NCBI GenBank assembly: GCA_964658305.1
Contig: OZ210885.1
Location: forward strand, 19,158,001-19,222,000
Origin: Leptogorgia sarmentosa
Lineage: Eukaryota
Direction: 5' to 3'
Length of the DNA stretch: 64,000 nucleotides
In this document: positions 24,852-38,700 of the stretch, piece after piece
How positions within the stretch are numbered: the stretch's first letter is position 1
Layout: each line of letters starts with the position of its first letter
The notes under the pieces: generated by a model
Told to the model about the DNA's origin: nothing
Database searches by the model: none
What the model saw: only the letters and a program-made list of their open reading frames with translations
Made by a program: the position numbers and the translations under genes

Positions 24852-25562
24852 GTGTTTAAAATCATCTTGGCTTCTGGACGTAAACCCGAAAAAATCATGA
24901 CGGATCAGGGCACTGAATTTTTAAACAGGCATTTTCGTGCTTTAATGAAAGAGGAAGACATTGAGCTTTACAATACGTATAACGAAACCAACGCGTCTAT
25001 TGTGGAACAGCTAATTCGTACACTAAAGACAAAAATGTGGCGATACTTCACAGCCAATAAAACGGTGCGATATATTGACATGCTGCCTGATTTGGTGTAC
25101 TCTTACAATCACAGTGTTCACCGCAGTATCAAAACTGAGCCCGCAAATGTCACGTCGGAAAATGAAAAACAGATATGGCATACCCTGTATGGCGATAAAG
25201 GACGGAGGACAACTGCAAAATATAAATTCGAGATAGGAGATCAAGTTAGAATTAGTAAAATGAAATGTACATTTGAAAAAGGTTATTTACCTAACTTTTC
25301 AAAGCAAATTTTTACTATAAGCAAACAAATTCCTCGTGATCCACCCGTATACAAACTTAAAGATTATGACGGCGAAGAGCTTAAAGGAACTTTTTGCGCA
25401 AAAGAGTTGCAGAAGATAATCAAGCATGATGATGTGTACGAGGTGGAAAAGATCCTGAAAAAACGAGGGAGGGGTAACAATGTACAATATTTTGTAAAAT
25501 GGTCAGGGTACCCAAATAAATTTAATTCGTGGGTACCGGCATCTCAAATAAAAAAGATTTGA
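24852..25562 (+). pseudogene. Polinton/Maverick integrase (rve core + chromodomain), 5'-truncated
   Basis: TDQGTEF..ASIVEQLIRTLK..YNHSVHRSIK..FEKGYLPNFS..YEVEKILKKR..YFVKWSGYPNKFNSW. Confidence 0.88.
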
Positions 25563-25599
25563 AAACTTACATTGCTGTTATTTTTGTCTATTGTTCATC

Positions 25600-25708
25600 A
25601 TGAGCGGACCGCGTTTTTATTTGACGGTTCCGAGCAATGCATCGCTTGATGTCTATCCAAATAATAAAACCACCGAATATCGTGTAAGCTTGCCCCAAAG
25701 TATTGAAT
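25600..25708 (+). pseudogene. Polinton/adintovirus minor capsid (penton)-like N-terminus
   Basis: MSGPRFYLTVPSNASLDVYPNNKTTEYRVSLPQSI directly after the integrase; truncated. Confidence 0.65.
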
Positions 25709-26516
25709 CCAAAAATTATACCTGTTGGGCGGATATTTGCGTACGTAAGTCTATTTTTAATTCTATTTATGTCTTAAAGCTGATCTCAGTTATTAAAATC
25801 TAACATTAGTAATGCCCTCTTAGATTAACTACAAACATGAGGAGTTACCCGTATGTTTGTGCTCTGCTTTATTGAAAATTATGTACTGAATTGTTTCAAG
25901 ATATTGCTTGCCTGTCACAGATATGGCTTTGATACAGGACCGAGGATAAATTCAAGATTTTGGTGGGATTATATCGTTATAGGCCCAACATTAGGCCTGA
26001 AAGAATGCGAATATATGTTGTGGTCTTGGATGGGCTTATACATGGACTGTTATGGTTAGGTTAAATAAATGTGTTGGCTTTATGCACAGGAAATTACAAT
26101 AGTCAGAGGTTCATATGTTTTAACAATAATTATAATTATATATATAACAATTGGTCAGTGAAAATTAACAATTGCACATTTAGGAATTTATTGACTAACA
26201 TTGCTGAATGTGCAATTGTTGTAATTATGAATTTTGGTGGTGCTGCCACCTTTGCCACAAAGAGGGCATTTAATCATTGTATGCCCTGTTTCACGGCATA
26301 TCCAACAAATGGCATCTGTAATCACATTTAAGAAAATTCAATTAGTCAAGACTCTATATACTGTGATATACCATGCAGGGAATAAACCCTATGCATGACT
26401 GCTTGGGAGGGCGGGGGCAAAATCGTAAATGTCAAAAACAATACATGATAAGACATACAAGTACAACTAAGATATTGCAACATCTTTTCAAATTCATATT
26501 TTAGAGACCATTGAAC

Positions 26517-28520
26517 TTATGATATCAATATGGCATTGTACGTACTTGATCTACAAGATCTTGCATAGTGGCCACGCAGGCCACATTTGTAACATCGTCC
26601 TGAATCCAAAATAGACAATATTGGATGATGTTTTCAACAGTAAAGTAAATACCTGGTACGATGCAGATTTTTGTAGTTACAAGACAGCTATGTGCCAAAC
26701 TGACTAAATTTAGGCACATCAACTTTTGCATTACTTGTATGTTTACAAGTATAAAATTGCAATTGGAAAAGTAACATTATTGCATTCAAAAATCCCTCCT
26801 AATGGGCTACACCTACATGTATATATGGGTTTATTAACTAATGAAGGTCCTTTTTAACAATTAAGATACAATACCTCGGACTCTCTGGGGGCCTCTCCAA
26901 TCTTGCCTTCTTCCTGAAATAGAATTTAAGGTTAGTTTAAAAGAATACAACTTTGTTGCATTAATTTTTCAAGGCCCCGTAGAAATAATTATCATTATAT
27001 TGAGCAACATTACGTGAAAGGTACATTATGTGAAATATACTTTTTTAATAATTGTAGTGTTACTATATATATGGAGGGATCAAGTAAAAAATATACAAAT
27101 TAATTCATTATTCTAAAACTCACTATTCACTAGTCCATTCTGATACCCATCATCATCCTCAATCCTCATCTGGCAATAATGAAAAATTATTAACATTGAT
27201 CTTTTTTACAACCTTCTTGAAGACTTTCAAAACTATGATATGCTATAAGATTTGGGTACATAAACTTTTAGCCTACATTAATATACATATGAATGCAATT
27301 CTAATAACAGTTATGCTTTAATATATAGATAGATACCTCTTCCGCATCTCTCAGGAGCTTGACTATTTCTCCCTGAAGTAGAATTTAATGGTTTGTTTTA
27401 AAAGGATGCATTATCTTATTATGGTGATCGAGTTATAACATGTAAAAATAAACTTTTCTTAATAACTGTAGTGATACTATGCAGATGTATTTCCGGATTT
27501 TTGTGCACAAGACATACCATCCAAACTATTTTCAGATTCATCATCTAGAAAATGTTAGAGTTGTTATGAAGAGAGTAAAAGATTGGGTTTATCATTAAAA
27601 CACAAGCTATTATTATAAACCCTACCCAGTGGGGGATCTTGATCCTCATCCATTTTATCATCTGCCAATAATGAAAAATTGTTAACATTTATCTTTTCTA
27701 GAACTTCCATGGAGACCACCAGACACTATTATATTCACATTCAATGCTATAAAATCTGGGTATTTGAACTTTTGACATACATTTATGTAAATATGGGTAT
27801 AAATTTCAATACCTTGTACTGGAGGTGGTCTCTCCTCAAATAGAATTCAAAGGCTAATAGAGAAATTATTATCATCAACCCTGTTTCTTTTTAAAAAACT
27901 TTTTTGCAGACTACTAAAATATCACATTTACAGTACATAATCTAGCTGTCAATTGCTAACTATAGTAAATTGAATGTATGTATACCATTTCCACCCTGTG
28001 CATGAATATCTACATGAACATAAAAAAGTTATATGTCAGCATGTTTATAAAAATGTACCTGGCAGACTATCTTTTTATAACATTAAATGTAATGCTTGTT
28101 TGCGAAGTGCATTTGTGTATTAATGTAGTATTTAGGTAGTGCCTCAGTTTTGTTGATTGTACATATCCAACACATCATCATTCTTTACATCTGCCACTAT
28201 ATATACAATGAAAACAAAATAGTTTTAGTTTTTTTACTATTAGTGTTTTACGATAAAACGGGAGAACGTCAAACGTGGTATATAGATGCACACGTCCTTA
28301 AATAATTCGATATTTCTGAAATTAATTTTTATTCTTTCAGTAGTATTTTAATTCTCAGCTTACTCTCTTCCCCAAGAGTCTTGTCATCTAGATAGGACAT
28401 AAAACAAAATAGACATAAAACAAAATAGACATAAAACTATCAAAATGGGTTGTACTCGAATTTAAGCAGGTTTTCATAAACAATTCATACCTTCAATATT
28501 TGTTTCTATTTTTCAATATC
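26517..28520 (-). pseudogene. Micro-exon gene ending in a CCHC zinc knuckle
   Basis: Series of 20-40-nt AG/GT-bounded segments (e.g. EEGKIGEAPRESE, GEIVKLLRDAEE); last exon 26599-26517 reads GRCYKCGLRGHYARSCRSS. Confidence 0.5.
26850..27870. repeat. Degenerate ~460-490-bp tandem units
   Basis: CCTGAA(A/G)TAGAATTTAA-like at ~26913, 27372, 27834; TCATCTG(G/C)CAATAATGAAAAATT(A/G)TTAACATT at ~27166 and 27658. Confidence 0.6.
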
Positions 28521-28580
28521 GAAAAATACATAAAACAAACTTTTAAACAAATTGTTAATAGACCATGTGAAAAAGCTAGT

Positions 28581-28758
28581 ATATCTGTGGTGAGTGTTCT
28601 AAATCACCTCCGAAGCACAATATCTGTGCTGAGTGAGCGTTTAAATCACCTCAGAAGCACAATAGCTGTGCTGAGTGTTCTAAATCACCTCAGAAGCACA
28701 ATATCTGTGCTGAGTGAGTGTTCTAAATCACCTCAGAAGCACAATATAGCTGTGCTGA
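28581..28758. repeat. Minisatellite, ~39-43-bp unit x ~4.5
   Basis: GAGTGTTCTAAATCACCTCAGAAGCACAATATCTGTGCT repeated just 3' of the RepHel stop. Confidence 0.9.
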
Positions 28759-28774
28759 TATAATAATCATGCAC

Positions 28775-31700
28775 TCATCGTTCACTAAGTCTCTCCACAG
28801 TTTTTTCAGCCAACACTTTTAGATGCTCTTCAGCTTCCAATCTTTGTTTCATACCTTTGCTCTTGCCTATTGCTTTTAGACGATCAAATGTCATTGGTTC
28901 AAACACAATATCATGAATCGATCTTACCCGGGACGTAGCTACAAAGGTACATCCTGCAACTTTTTCTCCTTTGCCCAAATCGACAACAGCTTTTGTTAAT
29001 GTCTGCCCCTCAGCGCCGGATTAACCTGTCATTGGGCCGGGGACAAACAAAAAGTGAAGGGCCGTAATTTGGTGAATATGAAAACATGAAACATATATGT
29101 AATCAAATTGAAAGTCTTGTCCATTATATAGTCAAAAACGATAATATGCATGAACATAGGGAATAGCATTTTAATGTGAAAGTGGCATTTACCACAGCGA
29201 CATTAACTTAAGTGAGTCTAGTATTTCGTGTTCAATGCTAAGCATAAGCGTACGTGGTACATTTTTTCAGAGGGGGGCAGAAAGTTTATCTTTGCCCGAA
29301 TTTGACGGGAGCGAATGTCACGAGGCACCACCATGGTTGGCACAGAGCGAGAAATTTTTGAACCTTTACAACCTTGGATTGCTGGAAACAGCGATTTCAA
29401 AGTCCTAACTCCACTTTCTTGGTACGCTTGTTCAGGTGAACGACTGGAGGATTGTTGACATTACCTTATTCCTTCAACCTATTCCTCATGTTGCCCGAAT
29501 TATGCTCAAAATCAGTGCCCGAATTTTCCAATTTCAATTTTTTTGGGGCCGCCCGTCTGGTACGCCTATGATGCTAAGTAGGTTGAAGTTTGCATTCTTA
29601 TCGTTGTCTATAGATGCAGATAATTCTTGAGTAATTTAGGACTCTAGAATTTCCTGGCTTTCAATTGACCAATTTTTAATCAAAATTTGTTTTTTCGAAA
29701 CCCACAGTAACTGAAATTTTTTATACATTGTTTTTCTTGGGCCGGTAAACAAGCTTTTGAGGTGGGGCCGGGGGCAAATGCCCCCATTGCCCCCTAGATA
29801 ATCCGGCACTGCTGCCCCTGTGACTTGTGGATGGTCATGGCATATCTCAACCTCAATGGTACTTGCTGTCTGGATAAATGCTTTCCATCTGCGATCCACT
29901 CACTCTTGGTGGCACAGGAATACACTTTGGACATTGATCTAGGAATGCAGGACCAGAATAACGATGGAAATGTACCAATACTGCTACTGGCAGGTTTGGT
30001 GGACCCATGTTTTCTGCAAACCAGAACTGCTCAACAGTTCCAAAAGAGCCATTACAAAGACCAACTTCAGGCCAAAGGTTACATGTCAGCATTACTTCTG
30101 CCTTCCTAGATAAAAACAAAACAGATTCTAGTCCACCAGCATCATCTGATGTTGCTGCACTTGCACCATGACCAGAGTGCTTTGCTTGAATTTTAGCTAC
30201 AGGTTGCCCAATCTCTAGTAACTTCTCATAATTGTACTCTGCCACACTTTTCTTGTCAATATACAATCGAATGGCGTCAGTAAATTGATCCATTGGTATT
30301 CTTGTTGTCGAATGCTGTAACAACAGTCTCCAGTCCTCCTCCGTCAGTTCACCATTCCTCATTCTCATCAATAAACCTCTGAATTCAATTGCCTCAGGGT
30401 CTTCACCAGCCTGACGCATAACCTGCTGTAAGATGATAACGAAATCAAACATCAGGTACAGACTATGACCATGGTCACTGACTACTGACCCACTACCTGT
30501 AACATACATTGGCTTGTCACCAACAGGTGGCAATTGGCCAAAGTCACCCATCAAAATTACTGACATACCACCAAATGGAATATCCTGCTTTCCAGTGCCA
30601 GCACGTAATCGATTGTCCAGTAATGATAACATTTTATGTCCAATCATCGACATTTCATCTACAATCAGATACCTCTTACCTTCAAGTCGCAACTGTAATT
30701 GCTGCAATGAGTCACCCTGCAAATCCTTATATTCATGAATAGGAAGTTGAGCAGCAGAATGCAACGTTTGACCATTAATGCTAAAGGCTGCAATTCCAGT
30801 TGTTGCTGTAACAATGCACTGGGCACCTAATACCTGCTTTACTGCACTTATCAGATATGTCTTACCTGTCCCAGCTGTTCCACTCACAATCATGTGAACA
30901 GGTTCTGCATTATCACCATTGTGTGAGGTGATTATGTCAAAAGCTAGTTGTTGTTTTTCATTCAAGGTTTCTAGGTCAGTGGCACAGAGATGATCTTCAC
31001 GGTACTGTTGGCCAAGTTCTGCAGCTTCTTTTCTTTTACTATAAATCCATCCTGGTGATTCTCTTAAAAAATCCCTAGGTACAGCTCTTACCTCTTCAAA
31101 CCAATCTACTGCCTCATTGTCTGGCATCTCATTGCCTGCTTCTTGAAATTGTTGCTTGAGTCTACATAACAACATCCAATCGTCAACTTCCTCCTCGTTG
31201 AAAGCATCACCTTCATCATCACTTTCCTCATTATTGTGCTCATCGTCACTTTCCTCATTATTGTGCTCATCGTCACTTTGACCATTTTGTGCAGCATGAA
31301 CCAAATCTGTTTCCTCTGAATATCTAAACACATACATATCATACATTACTTTCCTCCTCATTATTCCAAGCATTTGAAGGCTCCCCTTCCCATGGCTTGA
31401 ACTTTATTAGCTGAAACTTACAGTATTTACCAAAATCTGGACCACCAGGATTGGATGAAACCTTTGGATTGGAAATGTCCTCACAATGTATGGATTTTTC
31501 CATCTGGTCAACAGTCCTGTATACCTACTCTTCAAAGCTGTACGTTCTCCATAGTCTTTAAGCACTGTTTTCTGGAGTACATCATCTGCTTCATTTTCAG
31601 GATCAAGAATAACCTTTCGACTGTTCTCTAAACAAACAGTAACAAAACTAAATGAACATCCTATTAGAGGCAAACTTAGTAACATATGGGCAGTTTCTTG

Positions 31701-34700
31701 GCCTGCCATATCTCTGTGTCCAGCGACTTGAATCATAGCTTTCCTGATAGCAGAAGACACTTGATCATTACTCTGTAATGAAGAAACAGTCAACTTTAAT
31801 ATATCAGATGCTGAGTTGGACCTGGGTTCCCCTTTTGCAGCATACTTGGTCATGTATCTTGCACATGCCTTCTCGACTATAATAACTTGTAAATCCACAT
31901 TTGCCCGCCAGTTTTCAGGCATCACCCGATTATGTGAATTCAGTCGTTCATCATTTCTTCTTGTAACCAACTCAGATTCCACATGTTTTTGCTTCTCACC
32001 TACCAATTCCTTTTCCAGTGTTGTCTTGTCTTGTACTGGTTTTGGAAAACCAAATCTGCATTCTGACAACAGGTCCATTCTTTTCCGTCTCAAACAATAA
32101 GCAGGACTGCATCTAGTTGTCGTTCTACTGTATTAACTAACCTGTGGTAATCATTGTCATGATTGTCAATCTCTGTAGCTCTGACAGCTGATGGGTGAGG
32201 TTCTGGTAACCTCCAATTTTCATCCGGTAACTCCTCATTGAAGGTTGTCACCAGTCAATCAACATACCTTTAAATCAATGAAATATTTCAGTTATTGCTA
32301 GACTTCATTGACATTTAGCAGCAATAATGAGTAAATATATTCATGCGATAATGTAATACCGAGATGATGATAATGAATATCATGTCTGGTTTCTGCACAT
32401 AAATTCTTGAAAATTACATCAAGGAAATTTAAGGCATTGTAAAAAATTGGAAAGGAATTTTTGTTTACATTAACCATGTATTTGTTACAAGTTCATTCAT
32501 AATAAAATGTAACAATTTATAAACATCCACAGAGCAGTGCACTCAAAGGCCTTACTTTTCGCAGGAATTGTAGCCAAATGGCAGCAGATTATTCTACATG
32601 ATTTATGCAGTAGTAGTCCAATCTAAACGCGACTGTCCACAGATTCAGATTGGTTTGTAGCGGTTTTGATCGTTCGACGTAGATTCGGTAGTAATTTTTG
32701 GTTGGTCGTATTTTTTGTTACTCATTTGCAATCTCAATTGCATTGCTAAGGCGAACGTTATACTACAAATATATTTGGTATTGTGTAACTGGCCCCTTAT
32801 CACAGTAAACATGGAATTAATAGATTTACTAATTAAAAACAGGTTTTAAAATCAGTGCTGGCAGCCAAATAAATTGCATTATCAGCATGATTTAAATGTT
32901 TTGGAGTATGATAGTTGTGTGAAAAACAGTTGGTTCTTACCATATTAGTAATTCCTCAGCATCCTCTCCCTCCTTTATTAGATCCTGGCAAAAGAATTCA
33001 AAATCATCAGGTGACATTTCAAATCTACTTGTCTCATTCTCTAAAAATGCTAAGCTTGCTTTGTTACATAACAATCGAATATCAGGGTCATTTTTCAACT
33101 TTGCACAACCATGGGCATGAATACTTCCCCTGGCCTGGTATTCAAATCGATACCAAAACCATTCAGCATCCATGACACCTTCAAGCCAACGTCTAATAAA
33201 CTCTTCCAGTTGCTGTTTGAAAAACCAATCCGTCAGGTGTGGATTGTCAATCACTGCTTGTGCTCGCTCAGACCTGCTTGCATCTTCATTATTCTGCAGC
33301 ATTTGTTGCAAATCTGGCCAATGCATGTCGGCTGCACTAAAAGTAAAGAAAAAAGTAGGACAGCCTTTCTGCTCAATAAGAGCCAGCAATTCCTGGAGCC
33401 ACTGATACCAATACTGATTGGTACCTTGCACTTTCGACACACTGTTGTAAACGATTTACCATCTGATTTGCACTCATCGAGTTCACCATTGTCTTTAGCT
33501 CTTCCATTGACATGTTTGCATCTGCAGGATGCTGACGCAACTAAATGTTTACCTGTGACAACAACTGATGTTGCTGTTTCATGTTCAACGCCCAATATGG
33601 GAAGCGTGGGTGAGAAGCAAATCTCCACTCAAACTTACCATTTTCAAGCCTTTCTGCAAACTTCACTAAGTGCTTAAATGCTTCTGTCAAACTTACACTA
33701 TGCTGTCTTGCCCTGTTTGTTGGGTCACTTTGCCGTAAGGAAACAATGTAGGAAATGCCATGCTAGCAAGTTCATCTGTTTTAAATTCATTCACAGCATT
33801 GCCTTCAGTTGATGGCCAGTCTAAAGGGTCAACCTCATTAACTGCATCTTGTATAGCAGCTCTGTCGTTGGCGCATAGGAATGAATGATGTGCTACCATT
33901 TCCTAAAACTAATTCCTCAACACTGGCATTAGCACTCATAACAGGTTCTTGGGGAGGACCCTCATTTTCATGAGGTTCTCATTTCCATACCTCAAATCGT
34001 CAGGAATACCATTTTCCGGTAAGCTTTGGATAGCATCTCTATCAATTTCTATATCTTTGAAGAACGGGTTATTTGTCTTCAACCACAACAAAGCTTCAAG
34101 CACTCTATGTCGACGCACCGTGAAGTCTTTGTGAGTGTCTTCAACACCATGTCTTCGTACAACCAAAACAGGCAGGTCAGCAACACATGCTAGCAACCTA
34201 TCCAAGAAACTTTGAACATCTTGTGGAAGATTTAGTACATGCCCCTTGTAGCCCCTTTGCCCACCATGTTTTCTATAAACTTGCATGATGGGGCAAATCC
34301 TTGAAATTAACATTTCTTCTACCTGTGTCAAACATCTGAGCTGTTCAGGAACAATACCTGGATCCATGTCACTTCCAGCACTGAAATTTTTTGGTGATTT
34401 TTTGTCTCTTTTACACCTGAAGCAAATATATGTCTCTGCTGCCAAGTTTTGTCTTGTCGGCCATGCCTCTTTACAAATGGTACATTGTAGATGCTCTTGA
34501 TCTAAATGAAAACTATGCATTTCATTTTTTACATATTCAAGCTCATGCATAGGGTTGTCAACATTTTGCCAACCACCGTCATGCAAGTATTCATTTTTAC
34601 TCACACCTGGGCCCTCTGCTTCATGTAAAGACATACCTGGTTCCTCGTCGGCTTCAGAAATAGATGTATCTATTAATATGTTTTCATTAACCAACATATT

Positions 34701-35326
34701 ATTCAACTGCTCATCTGCTTCATAAACAGGTGCACTTACCAACCCATTTGCTTCATGAGGCACACATGCCTCAGTTGTTTCACTTACTAATGGAGATGCA
34801 TTCATGCCATCAGCCACTGAAGATGTTTTCCCTTTGTCTGTTTCTATCCCATCTGTCTTTTCTTCCAAATTTGCTAATGCTCTTGGAAAAACTCCTCTCA
34901 AAATCTCAAGCAATTTGACTTGCTTATCATGCTTTTCCTTTTGCTGTTTTTGTCTTCTTTTTTCTAGTCTGTCTATTCATTCTTTTTCGTTCTGCTTTTT
35001 GTCTGTGTTATATACTCTCCAATAGTCTTTTTCCTTACCTTTACTCTCGGCACTTCTGACATCCAGGCGTTTCTTCGTTTGGCTAAGCGAGTTTTTCTTT
35101 TTATACATTATCTGTAGCTTTGTTTTCTTGCCTATAAACTCTCATACTTCTTTTGCTTACCTTTTACTTCGGCTGTCCTCTCTCTAAACGATTCTCTACG
35201 CTTTGCCAGGCGAGTTTCTTTTTCCTCTGCAGTCTCTTCGAGCAAACGCTGCCTTCTTCGCTCCCTATGCTTCTTTAAATTTTCTGCTTTCTTACCTGTT
35301 TTATCCTGCTCTTCGTTTGGCTCCAT
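28775..35326 (-). pseudogene. Helitron RepHel (HUH Rep + PIF1 helicase), disrupted
   Basis: LTQVEEMLIS..YKGHVLNLPQ; AFPTLFPYG; FFTFSAADMHW; RFEYQARGSIHAHG; YMTKYAAKGE; GTAGTGKT; IVDEMSM; GDFGQLPPV; TIHKSQG; GT-AG intron 32268-32940. Confidence 0.93.
29011..29811. mobile_element. hAT-type MITE inside a helicase motif
   Basis: CAGCGCCGGATTA ... TAATCCGGCACTG; 8-bp TSD CTGCCCCT at 29003-29010 and 29812-29819. Confidence 0.92.
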
Positions 35327-35792
35327 CCTATACTTGTTTGAAATTTATATCGTGAGGTTAATATTAAATTTGGCAAATACTGAAGAAAAAGCTTCAAAAA
35401 AGCAATTTTTTTATTTGCTTAAAATATAAAAATGTACGTGTCAGTTAAAACCATCAATCGATATTTATTATTCAACAACAAATTTCAAAATTAATTTGAC
35501 CAATCCGCAGTGAAAATTTCAAATCTGACCAATCGGCTCTTCATGACAGTCCGTCATAATTTTGAGATCAGTGATGACCACCCTTACACTCATAACCCAA
35601 AATGGCCGCCAAATCGAGCAACTTTGGACTCCGCTATGCTGCCCATTACCCAGGATCAAATAGCCGTGAGGAATTATTACCCTCGCCCCAGGCTAACGCC
35701 TGGACGGCGCTTCGCACTGTGGCTCGAGGATTACAATTGATGTTGAGCAATTATATCAAAACCTTACGAATTTCGGAAATCAAAATACATGT

Positions 35793-38700
35793 GTGCATTC
35801 TGATGAAAATGAAAAGTCATTAACAGACAATTTGGAACAAGGTAACGATTATCCTGCCACCATGGAAACCAATAAAAACATTTCATTAGGTAATGAAATA
35901 TACAACATTGCACCAGGTGAAAACAAACATCCTGTATCAATAATGACAGACACAAAATGCGAAGAGCTAGCTCTCCCAGTGTTGTTTCCAAAAGGTCGCT
36001 ATGGGTACACATACAACAGAAAGATTAAATTATCAGCAGTAAAATACTTCAATGCTAGACTTTTACATTACTGTGGAAGGTTTGCTATGAACCCAGAATA
36101 TCTTTTCTTTGCATAGTTTGTTGTGGAACAAAAAAAAGTAATGGATGGTATTAACATAGCATTGGAAAAGGTACATGCGCAGTCTGTAACTGCATCACAA
36201 GTAAAATCAGACGTAAACCGACTAAAAGGTTTAATTTGTCAAGATCAGGAATATTTGTTCTTGAGACAAATTCCAGGAACACCACCATACTGGCAAAAAT
36301 TTACGTATGAAGTAGTAGCCATGGTAAAACAGCTTGGTATTCCAACATGCTTTATGACATTATCATGTGGTGATCTTAGATGGCCTGAGTTGTTTCAGAT
36401 TATTGCAAGGACACAGGGTAAAAATATGACTGACGAGAAAACTGAAACTTTATCTTACACTGAACGATGTTCATTGCTCAACCTTAATCCTGTCATTGCT
36501 GCAAAACACTTTCAGCATAGAGTAGAAACCTTTTTCACTCAGGTTTTGCTCAGTCCTGTGAACCCGATTGGTAAAATAATATATTATGCGCTTCGCATTG
36601 AATTTCAGATGAGAGGTTTACCACATTTACATGCATTAATATGGACATCTTGATTGTCCTAAACTTGATTCAGACAACAAAGAAGCATATATACAATTTA
36701 TTGATAGCCATGTCCAAGCTGAGCTACCAGATCAAAAATCAAAACCACAATTACATGATTTAGTCAAAATGTACCAAAAGCATAGTCATTCTAAAACTTG
36801 CCGCAAATACAAAAATGTCAGTTGCAGATTTAATTTTGGCCAGTTTTTTACAGACAGAACAATAGTAGCAGAACCTTTGAGTAGGGATTTAACTGAAGAG
36901 CTCAGGTGTAGCATACTTGATCGTAGAACAAAAATTTTGACCTCAGTCAAGCAAGAAAATTGATGAAGTACTAAATCCGTCAAACTCAGATTATAATGAG
37001 ACATTCTGTGAAACAGATATCCTAAATATGGTCAATATTACTGAGGATGAGTATTACTGGGCTCTTTCCATATCACCACATTCATATTGTGACTTGCACC
37101 TTTAGAGGCCTATTGACAGCTGCTTTATTAACAACTATTTTGTTGCTGGTATTAAAGGTTTTGAAGCCAATGTTGACTTACAGCCTGTATTCATCATTAC
37201 AAGTGCATAACATATGTCTGTTCATATTTTACTAAAGATGAAACCGAATGTTCTCAAGCTATTGTAAACGCAGCAAAAGAAGCTAAAGCTACAAACCTCA
37301 GTATTAGAGATGGTCTGAAAAAAATTGGTGCTGCTTTTCTCTCCACAAGAGAAGTGAGTTCACAAGAATGTGTGTTCAGATCAATGCCAGAACTTTGGCT
37401 ACGAAAAATCTTTCCTAAAACTGTTTACATTGCCACAAATTTCCCAGAAAAAAGGTTGCGTGTTACTAAAACCCAAGATGAACTTGATAAACTTGATGAT
37501 GACAGTACTGACATTTTTAAGTCAAACATCATAGAACGTTACACTATCAGACCAACAAATATACCTGTTGTCAATAACTTATGCTTAGCTAAATTTGCTG
37601 CATTTTACTATAAAGACTATAAAACAGATTCTAATAATATGACTGACTCACAGCCAGAGGTCTTGACAGATGATTTAATTGAATCACAAGGTGTAGAGAC
37701 TGGCATGTCTGAATGTCTTCCAAAACAAATAAGGTTAAACAACACTAATGAACACATGAAATGTCGCAAAAATAAAGCTGTTGTAAGATACCCTAGACCA
37801 AATAAAATGAAAGAACCAGAAGCTTATTTTCACCATTTACTTATGCTGTAATACCCTTGGCGAAATGAAGGTAATTTAATGGCATATGACAAAACGTATA
37901 GATCAAAATTCCACGAACCTGACATTCAGGCTATAGTTGCACACAACAGAGCAATATTTGAACCTGATACAGATGCCATTGATCATGCCTTTGAAACATT
38001 TACATCTAACCCAGGTAATATGAACATTCAGGGGCGGATCCAGCGTTTTGAGCGTAGTTAGGGAGGTCCGGGGGCATCCCCCCCCCCCCGGGAAAATTTT
38101 GAAAATTGAAGCTCGGAAATGGCATTTCTGGGCATTTTAGAGCAGTTTTAAATAATAAAATTTACGAGGTTTTAGGTCTGATTAAAGCACTGCCTGCAAA
38201 TTTTCGACTGTTTCGCTCAACATCAGAGCTCATCAGCATGCCTAGGATGTACTTTGAAATATTAATTCAGTATAACATCCGACAGGGATGAAATTTTCTG
38301 CATTAATATTTCGAAAAATATCAACTCCAACACGCTGTAGGATATTAGCCTTCGTACACATTGTGCGAGATAACATTGACGCTGACATTTCATTGTAAAT
38401 ACGACGCAAAGTTACTTCATCTTTGCTAGATAAAGCACCTTTTACGCGGTCTTGTATTAAAGACGCCATACTATCGATACTATGAGATGAGTGCAAGTGA
38501 TGCAAGCAAGCCACTCTGCAAGCTAGCTAAGCGCGCATTTTGTCCGCAGGATTTGCACGCAAAACCGCATTGAAATGTTGCAAAAACGAAGGCTCGATAC
38601 CATGCGCAATGACGTAAATAGTGATTTTGACCAATCAGAAGTCAAAATCGCGCTTACCCAAGCCTGCATGTTAGTCGCAACTCGCTGGCGCGACTTACTT

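Noticed and set aside
28581..28758. CRISPR-like look of a ~40-bp repeat with an internal palindrome
   Set aside because: Units are contiguous with no unique spacers, there are no cas genes, and the context is eukaryotic.
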